Positions 9,826 through 18,913 of a DNA stretch of 64,000 nucleotides are shown here, piece after piece. The notes below the pieces were generated by a model that saw nothing but the letters and a program-made list of their open reading frames with translations, was not told the DNA's origin and did no database searches. The stretch's first letter is position 1; every line of letters begins with the position of its first letter. The stretch comes from Elusimicrobia bacterium GWA2_66_18 (GTDB lineage Bacteria > Elusimicrobiota > Elusimicrobia > UBA1565 > UBA9628). Position numbers and translations under genes: made by a program. The stretch lies in NCBI GenBank assembly GCA_001799675.1, contig MGTX01000032.1, positions 42,405 through 106,404 on the forward strand, read 5' to 3'.

Positions 9826-10905
9826 TCAAGTGTAGGGAACGCCGGCGCCCGGGTCCCGGGGCGCTTCGAGGCCGGTTTCGCTGGCGTACCATGACCAACT
9901 GACCTTGAGCAGGGCCTTGAGGATGCAGGCCGCGGGGATGGCGAAGACCAGGCCCATGAAGCCGAACATCTCCCCGCCCAGGATCAGGGCGAGAAGAAAG
10001 ACCATCGGATGAAGGTGGACCGAGTGCCTGGCGATGATCGGCTGAAGGAATATCTCGTCGGCGAGGCGGATGCCCGCGAAGAGGACGACGACTTTGACCC
10101 CCGCCCAGAGCGAGCCGAACTGATAGAGAGCCATGCCGCCGCCGACCACGGCTCCCATCACGGCGCCCAAATAGGGCACGAAGGAGCTTACTCCCGAGAG
10201 GATCGCGATGGCGACGGCGTTGTCCACGCCCATCAGGAAAAGCCCGGCGAAAGAGGCCGCCGTGATGGCCAGGGCCACGATGATGATTCCTCTGAGGTAA
10301 TTGCCCAAGGCCGTGTCGATCTCGCTGGTGAGGTGGATGGCCTGCTCGACATAGCGGCTGGGAACGGCCTGGATGAGGCTTGCAAATCCATTAGGGCCGT
10401 CTAAGAGGAAGAAGAAGCCGATGAAGGGGATGAGCAGGGCGTGCGCGAACAAGGGCACCAGACCGAAGAGATGCGAAGGGATATTCTGCAGCTTCTCGAG
10501 TCCCGTGCCCATCATGGATTCCAGGGCTCGCTGCGCGACTTTGGGCGGCAGGGGGAGCCGGCGGCTGAGCTTGGCCTGCTGGACGTCCGCCAGCTTCTGG
10601 ATCTGCCGGAGGTAGACGGGGGCGTCGGCGCCCAGGCGCTCGAATTGCTCGCGGATCAGGGGCTTGAGGCCCGCGTAGGAGGCCGCGCCCAGGCACACGG
10701 CCAGAAGGTAACCCCCTGCGACTAAGATCGAGCGGCGCGCGCCGTGCGCCTCGAAGGAGGTGATGATCGGGTTGACCACGTAGGCGAAGGCCGCGGCCAG
10801 CACGAACGGGGTCAGGACCTCGCGGACGCGGTAGACGGCGTAGAGGGCCGCGACCGCCGTGACGACGACGCTCAGCAAGGGGAACGGCCGGCGGTTCTCA
10901 GTCAT
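9826..10905 (-). CDS. AI-2E family transporter (PerM-like)
   Basis: LTPFVLAAAFAYVVNP, FVPYLG, LQPII...VHLHP, GLVFAIP motifs; multiple TMs. Confidence 0.92.
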   Translation of the reverse strand: MTENRRPFPLLSVVVTAVAALYAVYRVREVLTPFVLAAAFAYVVNPIITSFEAHGARRSILVAGGYLLAVCLGAASYAGLKPLIREQFERLGADAPVYLRQIQKLADVQQAKLSRRLPLPPKVAQRALESMMGTGLEKLQNIPSHLFGLVPLFAHALLIPFIGFFFLLDGPNGFASLIQAVPSRYVEQAIHLTSEIDTALGNYLRGIIIVALAITAASFAGLFLMGVDNAVAIAILSGVSSFVPYLGAVMGAVVGGGMALYQFGSLWAGVKVVVLFAGIRLADEIFLQPIIARHSVHLHPMVFLLALILGGEMFGFMGLVFAIPAACILKALLKVSWSWYASETGLEAPRDPGAGVPYT

Positions 10906-11404
10906 CCTTGGCGGGGAGGGGCCGCAGATCGCTCGTGACGCGCCGCAAGCGCGCCGAGAGCAGGCGCGCCAGATGGCTCATGATGGTCACGCCGATGCGG
11001 GGCTCGGCCTGGAGCAAGGCGTCGAGCTTGGAGCGGTAGAGCAGATGAACGCGGGAGGGCTCCAGGGCCGCGGCCGAGGCCGAGCGCGGCAGGGACTCGA
11101 GCAGGGCCATCTCGCCGAAAAAGTCGCCGGGCTTGAGGGTGTAGAGCGGGATCGGCTTGCCGTCCGGCCCCGAGCGGGCCAGACTCACGGAGCCGCTTTC
11201 GAGGAGGAAGAGGGCCCGGCCGATGTCTCCCTCCACGAAGATGACCTCGCCTTCGCGGTAGGTTCGCGAGTGCAGGGACTGCACGAGATGGCCGAACTCC
11301 CTTTCCTTGAGATCCTTGAAGATGTCCAGGGAGCGCAGGAAATTCTTCTTGCGCGAGAACTGGGGATCGATGAACCAGTGCTTGAGGGATCTGAGCGGAC
11401 CCAT
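10898..11404 (-). CDS. Stand-alone cyclic nucleotide-binding domain protein
   Basis: GEVIFVEGDIG, GDFFGEMALL..PRSASA; no HTH. It is the real C-terminal part of the spurious 959-aa ORF. Confidence 0.88.
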   Translation of the reverse strand: MGPLRSLKHWFIDPQFSRKKNFLRSLDIFKDLKEREFGHLVQSLHSRTYREGEVIFVEGDIGRALFLLESGSVSLARSGPDGKPIPLYTLKPGDFFGEMALLESLPRSASAAALEPSRVHLLYRSKLDALLQAEPRIGVTIMSHLARLLSARLRRVTSDLRPLPAKDD

Positions 11405-11409
11405 CGCCG

Positions 11410-11643
11410 TCAGCCGCAGCGGAAGAGCTGGAGGCCCGCGCTGAAGAGGGTCTTGAAGGCCGAGCCCCAGCCGGATCTCAGCGACTGGCCGAAGGAGAGG
11501 ACCTCCTGGTCTACGCGGTAGGCGGCCGTTTCGACGGCTGAGGCGGCGGCCTTGACCTTGAGCATCGCGACCGCGAACACGGCGATCATGGCGGCGAGCT
11601 CGAGAACGATGAGTCCGAGGCAGACGGCGATGAAAGTCTCCAT
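11410..11643 (-). CDS. Small membrane protein
   Basis: N-terminal TM plus helix; TAGGAT 6 nt upstream of ATG. Confidence 0.65.
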   Translation of the reverse strand: METFIAVCLGLIVLELAAMIAVFAVAMLKVKAAASAVETAAYRVDQEVLSFGQSLRSGWGSAFKTLFSAGLQLFRCG

Positions 11644-11677
11644 GCCGGCATCCTATCAAATTGATAGAATCGCGCCC

Positions 11678-14449
11678 ATGGAGGCAAGAACAGACTGGTC
11701 GGCGACCGTCCGCCTGCCCAAGACCGACTTCCCCATGAAGGGGGATCTCGCCAAGCGCGAGCCCGAGCTTCTCAAGTTCTGGGAGGACATGGGCTTGTAC
11801 GCGCTTATCCAGGAGCGCCGGAAGGGCCGTCCCTCCTTCCTCCTCCACGACGGCCCGCCTTACGCCAACGGCCACATTCACATCGGCCACGCCCTCAATA
11901 AGATCTTGAAGGACATGACCGTGAAGGCCCGAGCCCTCATGGGCTGCGCGGCCCCGTTCGTCCCCGGCTGGGACTGCCACGGCCTGCCCATCGAGACCGC
12001 GCTCCTCAAGGAAATGAAGATGAGCAAGCGGGGCGTGACCGACATCCCTCGATTCCGCCGGGACGCGGCCGCCTTCGCCGAGCGCTTCATCGGCCTCCAG
12101 CGCGACGAGTTCAAGCGTTTGGGCGTCCTGGGGGATTGGAACGCGCCCTACAAGACGATGGACCGGGCCTACGAGGCCGACATCCTGCGCGCCTTGCGCC
12201 TGCTCGTCTTGAATGGCCACGTCTACCGGGGACTCAAGCCCGTGCAATGGTGCGTGACTTGCGAGACCGCTCTCGCCGAGGCCGAGGTGGAGTATCAAGA
12301 CAAGACCTCGCCGTCCGTCTATGTCGCCCTGCCCGTCGTCGACGCGTCGGTTCCGGAGTTGAAGGACGCGGAACTCTTGATTTGGACGACGACTCCTTGG
12401 ACGCTTCCCGCCAATAGGGCGGTCGCTTTTCATCCGCTGCTCGACTACGCGCTGGTTCGAGCCGAATTCGCGGATGGGAGCGCGCGCAGGCTCATCGTGG
12501 CACGGGCGCGTCTCGATGCGGTGATGGAGCTGCTCAAGACGCCGCATCTCCGTTCCTACCGGGTGCTCCACACGTGGAAGGGCAGCGAGATCGTCTCCTT
12601 GTGCTCCTATCGCCTGCCGTATTCCGCGGACGGCGCGGCGCCCGGCCGGTGCGTGAGCGCCGATTATGTGACCGCCGAGGACGGAACCGGCCTGGTGCAC
12701 ACGGCGCCCGGACACGGCGAGGACGACTTCAACACGGGAAAGCGCGAAGGGCTCGAAATCTGCAACCCCGTCGACGCCTCCGGGCGATTCACGGACAAGG
12801 CCCCGCGCTGGACCGGCAAGCACATCTTTAAGGAAGGGAACCCCGAGATCATCGCGGACCTGGCGGAGAGGGGGCTGCTCCTCGCTCGGCAGGATATCCG
12901 GCATTCCTATCCGCACTGCTGGCGCTGCAAGAACCCGGTCGTCTCGCGCACGACGGAGCAGTGGTTTCTGCGCCTGACGGACGGCCTGCGCGAGCGGCTG
13001 CTCTCCCAGATCGATTCGACGCAGTGGGTCCCGGCCGAGGGCCGCAGCCGCATCGCGGCGATGGTCCAGAACCGCCCGGACTGGTGCCTCTCGCGTCAGC
13101 GGGTGTGGGGCGTTCCGATCACGGTCCTCTATTCGATCAAGACCGGCGCTCCGGTGACCGATGACGCCGTCCTCCAGGCCATCGAGCGTCACGCGTCTTC
13201 CCATGGAACGGATTTTTGGTTTGAGCGTTGGGGGGAGATCCTCAAGCCCTCCGATTGGCCGTTCTTGCCGCTTCACCCGGATCTGACGGATGGATTTCGC
13301 CGCGAGTCGGACATCCTGGACGTCTGGCTCGACTCGGGCGTGTCCTGGCTGAGTGTGCTGGGCCCGGACGCGGTCGCAGACCTCTATCTCGAGGGCTCCG
13401 ACCAGCATCGCGGCTGGTTCCAGAGTTCGCTCGTCATGTCCACGGCCCTGCGCGGGCGCGCGCCCTACAAGGCCGTTCTGACCCACGGCTTCGTCTTGGA
13501 CGAGAAGGGCCGGGCCATGCACAAGTCTTCCGGCAACGTCGTCGCTCCGCAGGAGGTCATCTCCAAGTGGGGCGCCGACGTCCTGCGCCTGTGGGCGGCT
13601 TTGTCCGATTACAACGACGACGTGCGCATTTCCGACAAGCTTCTGGAGGGGCCGGCCGACTCCTACCGGCGCGTGCGCAACACGCTGCGCTACCTCTTGG
13701 GCAGCCTCTGCGACTTCGATCCCGCGCGGGCCGTTCCTTTCGAGGATCTCCCGGAGCTGGAACGCTTGATGCTGCACCGGCTCGCGGCGCTCCAGGGCGA
13801 GACTCTGGAGGATTACCGGAACTACCGCTACCGCGCCGCGGCGCGGCGCTTGGCGGACTTCTGCGCTTTCGACCTCTCCGCCTTCTATCTCGACGCGACC
13901 AAGGACCGCCTCTACACCTTCCGCGCCGACGCCCCCGAGCGTCTGGCGACGCAGACGGTCATGGCCGAGGTCCTGCGGCGCCTGTGCGCGCTCCTTTCTC
14001 CCATCCTTTCTTTTACGGCCGAGGAGGCATGGCGCTTCCAGGCGGCGCCGCCGGCGCCGAGCGTCTTCCTCTGGGACCTTCCGGATACGGACGCGCGCTG
14101 GACCGACGCCGCCATGGCGGGACGCTGGGATGCCGTCGCGGGCGCGCGCTCCATCGTGCAGAAGGCGCTCGAGGAGGCGCGGGCCGCGAAGGTCATCGGC
14201 TCCTCGCTGCAGGCCCGGGTGGTCTTGAAGGGCCCCGCGCGGGCCCTCGCCCCGCTCGAAAGATTGGACCTTCCCGAGTTCCTGATCGTCTCAGAGGTCT
14301 CGATGGAGACCACCGGCGACGCGCTGGCCGTCGACGTGTCCCGGGCGTCCGGGGCGAAGTGCCCGCGTTGCTGGCGCTGGCGGCCGGACATCGGCTCGCA
14401 GCCGTCTCAACCTGAGCTATGCGCTCGCTGCGCCCGGCAACTGTCCTAG
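11678..14449 (+). CDS. ileS: Isoleucine--tRNA ligase (type 1)
   Basis: HDGPPYANGHIHIGH, GWDCHGLP, WTTTPWTLP, EGSDQHRGWF, AMHKS (KMSKS variant), C-terminal CPRC..CARC zinc finger. Confidence 0.98.
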   Translation: MEARTDWSATVRLPKTDFPMKGDLAKREPELLKFWEDMGLYALIQERRKGRPSFLLHDGPPYANGHIHIGHALNKILKDMTVKARALMGCAAPFVPGWDCHGLPIETALLKEMKMSKRGVTDIPRFRRDAAAFAERFIGLQRDEFKRLGVLGDWNAPYKTMDRAYEADILRALRLLVLNGHVYRGLKPVQWCVTCETALAEAEVEYQDKTSPSVYVALPVVDASVPELKDAELLIWTTTPWTLPANRAVAFHPLLDYALVRAEFADGSARRLIVARARLDAVMELLKTPHLRSYRVLHTWKGSEIVSLCSYRLPYSADGAAPGRCVSADYVTAEDGTGLVHTAPGHGEDDFNTGKREGLEICNPVDASGRFTDKAPRWTGKHIFKEGNPEIIADLAERGLLLARQDIRHSYPHCWRCKNPVVSRTTEQWFLRLTDGLRERLLSQIDSTQWVPAEGRSRIAAMVQNRPDWCLSRQRVWGVPITVLYSIKTGAPVTDDAVLQAIERHASSHGTDFWFERWGEILKPSDWPFLPLHPDLTDGFRRESDILDVWLDSGVSWLSVLGPDAVADLYLEGSDQHRGWFQSSLVMSTALRGRAPYKAVLTHGFVLDEKGRAMHKSSGNVVAPQEVISKWGADVLRLWAALSDYNDDVRISDKLLEGPADSYRRVRNTLRYLLGSLCDFDPARAVPFEDLPELERLMLHRLAALQGETLEDYRNYRYRAAARRLADFCAFDLSAFYLDATKDRLYTFRADAPERLATQTVMAEVLRRLCALLSPILSFTAEEAWRFQAAPPAPSVFLWDLPDTDARWTDAAMAGRWDAVAGARSIVQKALEEARAAKVIGSSLQARVVLKGPARALAPLERLDLPEFLIVSEVSMETTGDALAVDVSRASGAKCPRCWRWRPDIGSQPSQPELCARCARQLS

Positions 14450-14877
14450 CGCTTCTCGCCGTCGACCGGGCGACGAAGCTCTGGGCGATGCGCGACCTGC
14501 GCGTGCGCGGACCGATCCCGGTCCTCCCCTTCTTCGAGTTCTCCTACGTGGAGAACACGGGCGCCGCCTTCGGCATGGGCCGGGGCGCCAACGGCGCCTT
14601 TATCGCGATTTCCGTCGTCATGATCGCGGTCCTCGTCAGGATCCTGCGCCGCTGGCCCAAGGACGACTTTTGTCTTCAGGCGGGAGGGACCTTGGTCTTG
14701 GCCGGGGCGCTGGGAAATCTTTACGACCGGCTCTTCTACGGCTACGTCGTCGACTTCCTCTTCCTGCACCACTGGCCGGTCTTCAACGCCGCCGACTCCT
14801 GCATCACCGTGGGGGCCGTCCTGCTCGCCTGGGGGCTGAAGGACCCCGAGAAAAAGGCGCCGATCAATCCTTCGTGA
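14419..14877 (+). CDS. lspA: Signal peptidase II
   Basis: NTGAAFG, GALGNLYDR, VVDFL, WPVFNAAD; canonical position after ileS. Confidence 0.96.
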   Translation: MRSLRPATVLALLAVDRATKLWAMRDLRVRGPIPVLPFFEFSYVENTGAAFGMGRGANGAFIAISVVMIAVLVRILRRWPKDDFCLQAGGTLVLAGALGNLYDRLFYGYVVDFLFLHHWPVFNAADSCITVGAVLLAWGLKDPEKKAPINPS

Positions 14878-16435
14878 GCTTGCTGACGCCCCAGAACAGA
14901 GCGAAGCCGATCGCGGCTCCGACGAGGATGCCGACGGGCCCGAAGAAAGTTCCGACCAGCGCCCCGGGGATGGCTCCGACCGCGCCGGTCTTGACGGCCA
15001 GCCATTTGTTCGGGTCTTTCTTCTCGTCCTTCTTGCCGCCCTCGGTATCGGAACCGGGCTTGGTGGGGTCGGGGGGGATGCTTGCCTTGAGGTTCGTCTT
15101 CGATTGGCTTCGGGGCTTGTCGGCCAGGAAATCAGCGCAGGCTTGGCGCAGCTTGTCGACCTCGGTCTTGGCGATCCGAGGCAGAGGGGCGGCGGCGACG
15201 GTGTTGTTATGAGGCAGATTGCCGGAAAAGATTCCAGTTGCGGAATCATCACTGTCGGCTGCCTTTTCAACCTGTGTTTTGGCGGGCGCGACCACTTGGT
15301 AGCCGCCGAGGAAGCCGTCGTTGGAGGCGCTGCCCAGGTCGTCGCAAAACTTGCCCTTCTGTGCCGGGGTAAGAGCCGTGAACTCAGCCACGGTCGTCGG
15401 GGTCTTTTCCAGCGCTCTGGCGCGGGCCTTTTGGCGGTATTCGGCGATGACGGCCGCGATCCCCGCGGGGTCCTTCTTCTTCCGGGCTTGTTTGAGGTTT
15501 AGTTTGTAGGTCTTCCGTTCGCCCTTCATCAGATTATTTTCCTCGCTCTTATCGAGTTCCTTGAGATCTAGGGTCACGACGGCATTGGATGAAGAGTCGG
15601 GCTTCTTGGCTGCGGCCGCCGCGATCTTGTCGCGCGAGGCCTTATAGGCGTCGGCGAGCTTGTCCGGATCGCCGGCGGCGGCGAGGACGTCCTTAATATA
15701 CTGGGAGGCTTCATCGGGGGGGAGCTTGGCAAGTTCGTCGGACGTCAACGCGCCCGTTCCCGCGGGAGCGTTCGGCGTCGGGACCAGGCCGCGGTACTTG
15801 GCGGCGGCGCGGCGCAGAATGGGATTGGACCGGCGCCCTTTGATTTCGGCCTGGTAGTTTTCTTTTTGCGTTTTGCCGGCGGGGTCCTTAATATTGTCGA
15901 GGGCGGCCAGCTCGTCTTCGCTCAGGGCCTTATCGGCCGCCGGCCGGTCTTCGGCGACCTGCGTCGGCGGAGGGACGATCATGATGTAGCCCTCCGGCAG
16001 CCGCGATTCGACGTCATGGATGTCGAAGGCGAGCGAGGCGCCGGGGATGACGGCCCGGTGAGGCGTTTGGCTGACATCGAGTTTATACATCGACAAGAAC
16101 GTCGTGTAATAAGCTTTCGCGGACTTCACAGGAAGGTCTTCTGGATCTTTGCGGTAGTCGTAGTATTCGGTTTTTTCACGCTGGAGGACGTAGAGATTGA
16201 CCGGTCGTGTCGACTTCTTGTTCCATGCGCACTCGTCCCTGCGACACCAGAGCGGATGCGCCTTGCCGGTCTCATCCTCAAAGGAGATTGCGCGCCAGGA
16301 CCATGTGGATTCTCCAACCGTTTCCCATGTTGGGAGGCTCGTTGGGCGCGATTTCGCGGTCGCCTTATGATCCGCCGGCAGGGCGGGGACGGCGAGGGCG
16401 ACGGCGAGGGCGAGAAGGGAGAGGGGGTGTCTCAT
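14864..16435 (-). CDS. Secreted hypothetical protein with helical repeats and C-terminal glycine-zipper hairpin
   Basis: Signal peptide; C-terminal GAVGAIPGALVGTFFGPVGILVGAAIG. Confidence 0.75.
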   Translation of the reverse strand: MRHPLSLLALAVALAVPALPADHKATAKSRPTSLPTWETVGESTWSWRAISFEDETGKAHPLWCRRDECAWNKKSTRPVNLYVLQREKTEYYDYRKDPEDLPVKSAKAYYTTFLSMYKLDVSQTPHRAVIPGASLAFDIHDVESRLPEGYIMIVPPPTQVAEDRPAADKALSEDELAALDNIKDPAGKTQKENYQAEIKGRRSNPILRRAAAKYRGLVPTPNAPAGTGALTSDELAKLPPDEASQYIKDVLAAAGDPDKLADAYKASRDKIAAAAAKKPDSSSNAVVTLDLKELDKSEENNLMKGERKTYKLNLKQARKKKDPAGIAAVIAEYRQKARARALEKTPTTVAEFTALTPAQKGKFCDDLGSASNDGFLGGYQVVAPAKTQVEKAADSDDSATGIFSGNLPHNNTVAAAPLPRIAKTEVDKLRQACADFLADKPRSQSKTNLKASIPPDPTKPGSDTEGGKKDEKKDPNKWLAVKTGAVGAIPGALVGTFFGPVGILVGAAIGFALFWGVSKLTKD

Positions 16436-16493
16436 GGGAGAAGAATAGCTCCGGGGGGCGATTCGCGCAAGTCCCCGAAGGCCTATGTAAAGT

Positions 16494-16559
16494 TTAGGAC
16501 TTTCGACCTATATTCGTCTTGACCGGCAGGAGGCGCGCGCCGCGCAGGAAGGTCTCCCA
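16494..16559. repeat. 66-bp direct repeat, left copy (island boundary)
   Basis: 64/66 identical to 22591..22656, which is the 3' end of CDS 22591..23178. Confidence 0.95.
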
Positions 16560-16696
16560 ATCAGCGTACAAAGCCGCCTGCAGCGCCCGCAAGAGAAATG
16601 TTTTCCGTGAAATGTTTTCCGGTCATGCGGGGCCCGAACAAATAGGTGGAGTGCTTAAGGGGGACCAGGTGAAGAGAGCGCTTAAAGCGCAGGCTT

Positions 16697-17558
16697 GAGC
16701 CTGTTGCACAAACCGTCTGAGGCCATAAAAATCTGTCGGCACGGGGTCGTTCACGCATAGACCGGGGCGAAAGTCGGCGTCCCGAGAGAAAAACGCTCCG
16801 AAATCCGCCGTATCTTCGCCTTCCCGCTCCTCCAAAGCTTGAGCAAGTTGTGCGTCGTGCACAGCAGCGACCATTCGCTGTCGGCTGCCTTCACGCCTCG
16901 CCGTGAGAACCCGTCGCATCCCCGGACGTCTTGTCCTCCGCTGCGTCCCGGGCCTTCGCCTCCTCGAATCAGTGATCCACGTCCTTCTTCAAATGCTCGT
17001 AGTCTCGGTTCGCCGAGAGAGCCGCGTTCGCCTTCATCTTCGTTCCGTCAAGCGAGATCGCTCCCGCCTTCACAGGGTCCCCTTCCCGGCACAACCGCAA
17101 GACCTCCAGAAACAGCCCCTTCAACGCGCCGTCGTGCTCCGCACGGAACCGGCAGATCGTCGCGTGGTCCGGACGCCCATTACCAGCCACCACCCGAAAG
17201 GCCACGTCCACCTCGCACGCCTTCTCGATCTCCCGGGAAGACTGCTCCCCAAGGCAGTACGAGTACAACAGCAGCGCTGTCATCATCTTCGGCTCGTACG
17301 CCGCGCGCCCTCAGCCGCCGCTACGATACGCCAAGTAAAACTTCTTCAGGCCCAACGACTCCACGGCATCAACGATGAACCATGCCAGATGGTTCGCGGG
17401 CAGCCACTCGCGCATGTTCGGCGGCAGCAAGTACGCCGTCTCGCGGTCCACGTTCTTGAAGTTGTAGCCCATTCTCTCGCTTGCTCCGTACGCGCACGCG
17501 CACACGCGCGCGCGTACGAGGATTTTCTCAAATCAGGAGGGGTTTGTGCGACAGGCTC
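16697..17558 (-). mobile_element. Internally deleted IS1182-family element (862 bp)
   Basis: 18-bp terminal inverted repeats GAGCCTGT(T/C)GCACAAACC at 16697..16714 and 17541..17558 enclosing transposase fragments. Confidence 0.88.
16751..17472 (-). pseudogene. IS1182-family transposase pseudogene
   Basis: LLPPNMREWLPANHLA, YEPKMM..LLYSY..G..SSR.IE, PDHATICRFR, DGTKMKANA, then a jump to the C-terminal FSRRG...EWSLLCTTHNLLKL; two in-frame TGA, a large deletion and a frameshift. Confidence 0.9.
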
Positions 17559-17771
17559 TTAAATAACGACTCAAAAAATACCCGCACACGGGGGGTGCTG
17601 AATTCCAGCCCGACGAAGCTGCCCAGCTCGCGGTCTGCGATGGTCAGGTGCGGACCCTCGTTGTGCGAAGCGCGATAGGCCTCGACAAGATCGGCGCCTG
17701 CCGCGTCGAATGGGCGCGCCGTTTTGATTCCTCGCGGCAACTCCGTCGCCAGGAACCCGGCAACGATCCAA

Positions 17772-17906
17772 CTACCAGTTGCTGATGCCTGATTGGTCTT
17801 CCTGGAAGACCGTCCTCGCACAACCTGCCCGGTCAAAAACCGTATTGTGGAAACTGAAGATGATCAGGCTATACATGCATCCGGCCAACGCGAATATCTT
17901 TTTCAT
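17772..17906 (-). CDS. 44-aa ORF divergent from ycaO (candidate peptide or 5' part of a broken gene)
   Basis: MKKIFALAGCMYSLIIFSFHNTVFDRAGCARTVFQEDQSGISNW preceded by a GGGGGTG RBS-like run. Confidence 0.4.
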   Translation of the reverse strand: MKKIFALAGCMYSLIIFSFHNTVFDRAGCARTVFQEDQSGISNW

Positions 17907-17970
17907 AGCACCCCCAGCGCAATCCAGTCCAACCGTTGTATATTGTACACTGGATTCGCAATCAATTTCC

Positions 17971-18903
17971 GTGTCAACAACCGAACTCCTGCGGTTCATT
18001 AGCCCCCGAAGCGGCCCCATAGTGGCCATCACCTCGGCGCCCTATCCCAGTTCTTGGCGCAGGAGACTCTGGTATTCCACCGCGAAGCTGCATCCGCGAT
18101 GGCAGGACCCTACCCGCAAGTGCGGCGTACTTCTGTTCGGCGGCGGCGGCTGGTCAACTGACAAGGAAGAAAGCCAGTGCAAAGCCGTAACGGAGGCCAT
18201 TGAAAGGTGGGCTTTCCGGTATTACGCGATCTCCCATCCCGAGGAGATCGGCTTTGAATCGGATCCCACCACCAACGGATTCGCCGCCCTCCCTGCTGCA
18301 ATGGGGTCTCGTCCACTGATACGACATGCGTACCATGAGGCCCTTGAGCGGTGGGCGTTGAATCGCTTCTGGGACGAAGGGAATATCTCGTTTAACGAGG
18401 TCACGCCGCCCCAGGACGCCGTCAGCCTCTTTGGGCAATTCAAGGGACGCGTAAGCTGTTATGTGGCCGCGCTCCAGGACCAGTCGCCGAAGGCTCTGCG
18501 CGCGGGAACCATCTCCTTCTGTCTCGCCATTTTCACCAACGATGCCGGCGGGGTCGTTCCAGGATCGGCGTGCGGGGATGACTTGGCGGCGACGACGATG
18601 CGCGCCTCGCTGGAAGCGTACATCCACGCTCGCGCCGCCGCGAATCTGAAGGGGAAGGCGCCCCTGCGGCAACTCGACATAACGGAGCAGCGCCTGCTGC
18701 ATTTCTCAACGAGCGCCCTGGCGGGAGCCTCCGTCAAGGAGCGTCTGCTCTTATCGCGGACATCCGTACCTCGTCCGACACCCCCGATCATGTTCTCAAA
18801 ACACCTGCCCGGGCCCTGGGAACCCGAGATCCGGGTGCACCGAGTGCTCGTCGCGGACTCCAAGCCCATCACATGTGGCGGGATCGACCGCTTCATTATT
18901 TGA
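17971..18903 (+). CDS. Small stand-alone YcaO-like protein
   Basis: GGGGWS..KAVTEAIERW and TTNGFAA...AYHEALERWA match the two YcaO ExxER ATP/Mg motifs; start uncertain (GTG 17971; frame open from 17779). Confidence 0.75.
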   Translation: MSTTELLRFISPRSGPIVAITSAPYPSSWRRRLWYSTAKLHPRWQDPTRKCGVLLFGGGGWSTDKEESQCKAVTEAIERWAFRYYAISHPEEIGFESDPTTNGFAALPAAMGSRPLIRHAYHEALERWALNRFWDEGNISFNEVTPPQDAVSLFGQFKGRVSCYVAALQDQSPKALRAGTISFCLAIFTNDAGGVVPGSACGDDLAATTMRASLEAYIHARAAANLKGKAPLRQLDITEQRLLHFSTSALAGASVKERLLLSRTSVPRPTPPIMFSKHLPGPWEPEIRVHRVLVADSKPITCGGIDRFII

Positions 18904-18913
18904 TCGCCGGCCA

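Noticed and set aside
10898-13777. 959-aa minus-strand ORF
   Set aside because: Antisense shadow of ileS; only 10898..11404 (cNMP-binding protein) is a real gene
16595-16621. 13-bp tandem repeat GAAATGTTTTCCG x2
   Set aside because: Only two copies, no adjacent promoter or gene start; not an array
16969-17313. Two in-frame TGA codons at probable Trp positions of the transposase, suggesting recoding
   Set aside because: The same gene uses TGG for Trp, has a deletion and a frameshift, and TGA ends many host genes; ordinary nonsense mutations explain it
17779-17970. N-terminal extension of the YcaO ORF
   Set aside because: AT-rich, overlaps the divergent ORF and probable promoter region, and shows no recognisable motif
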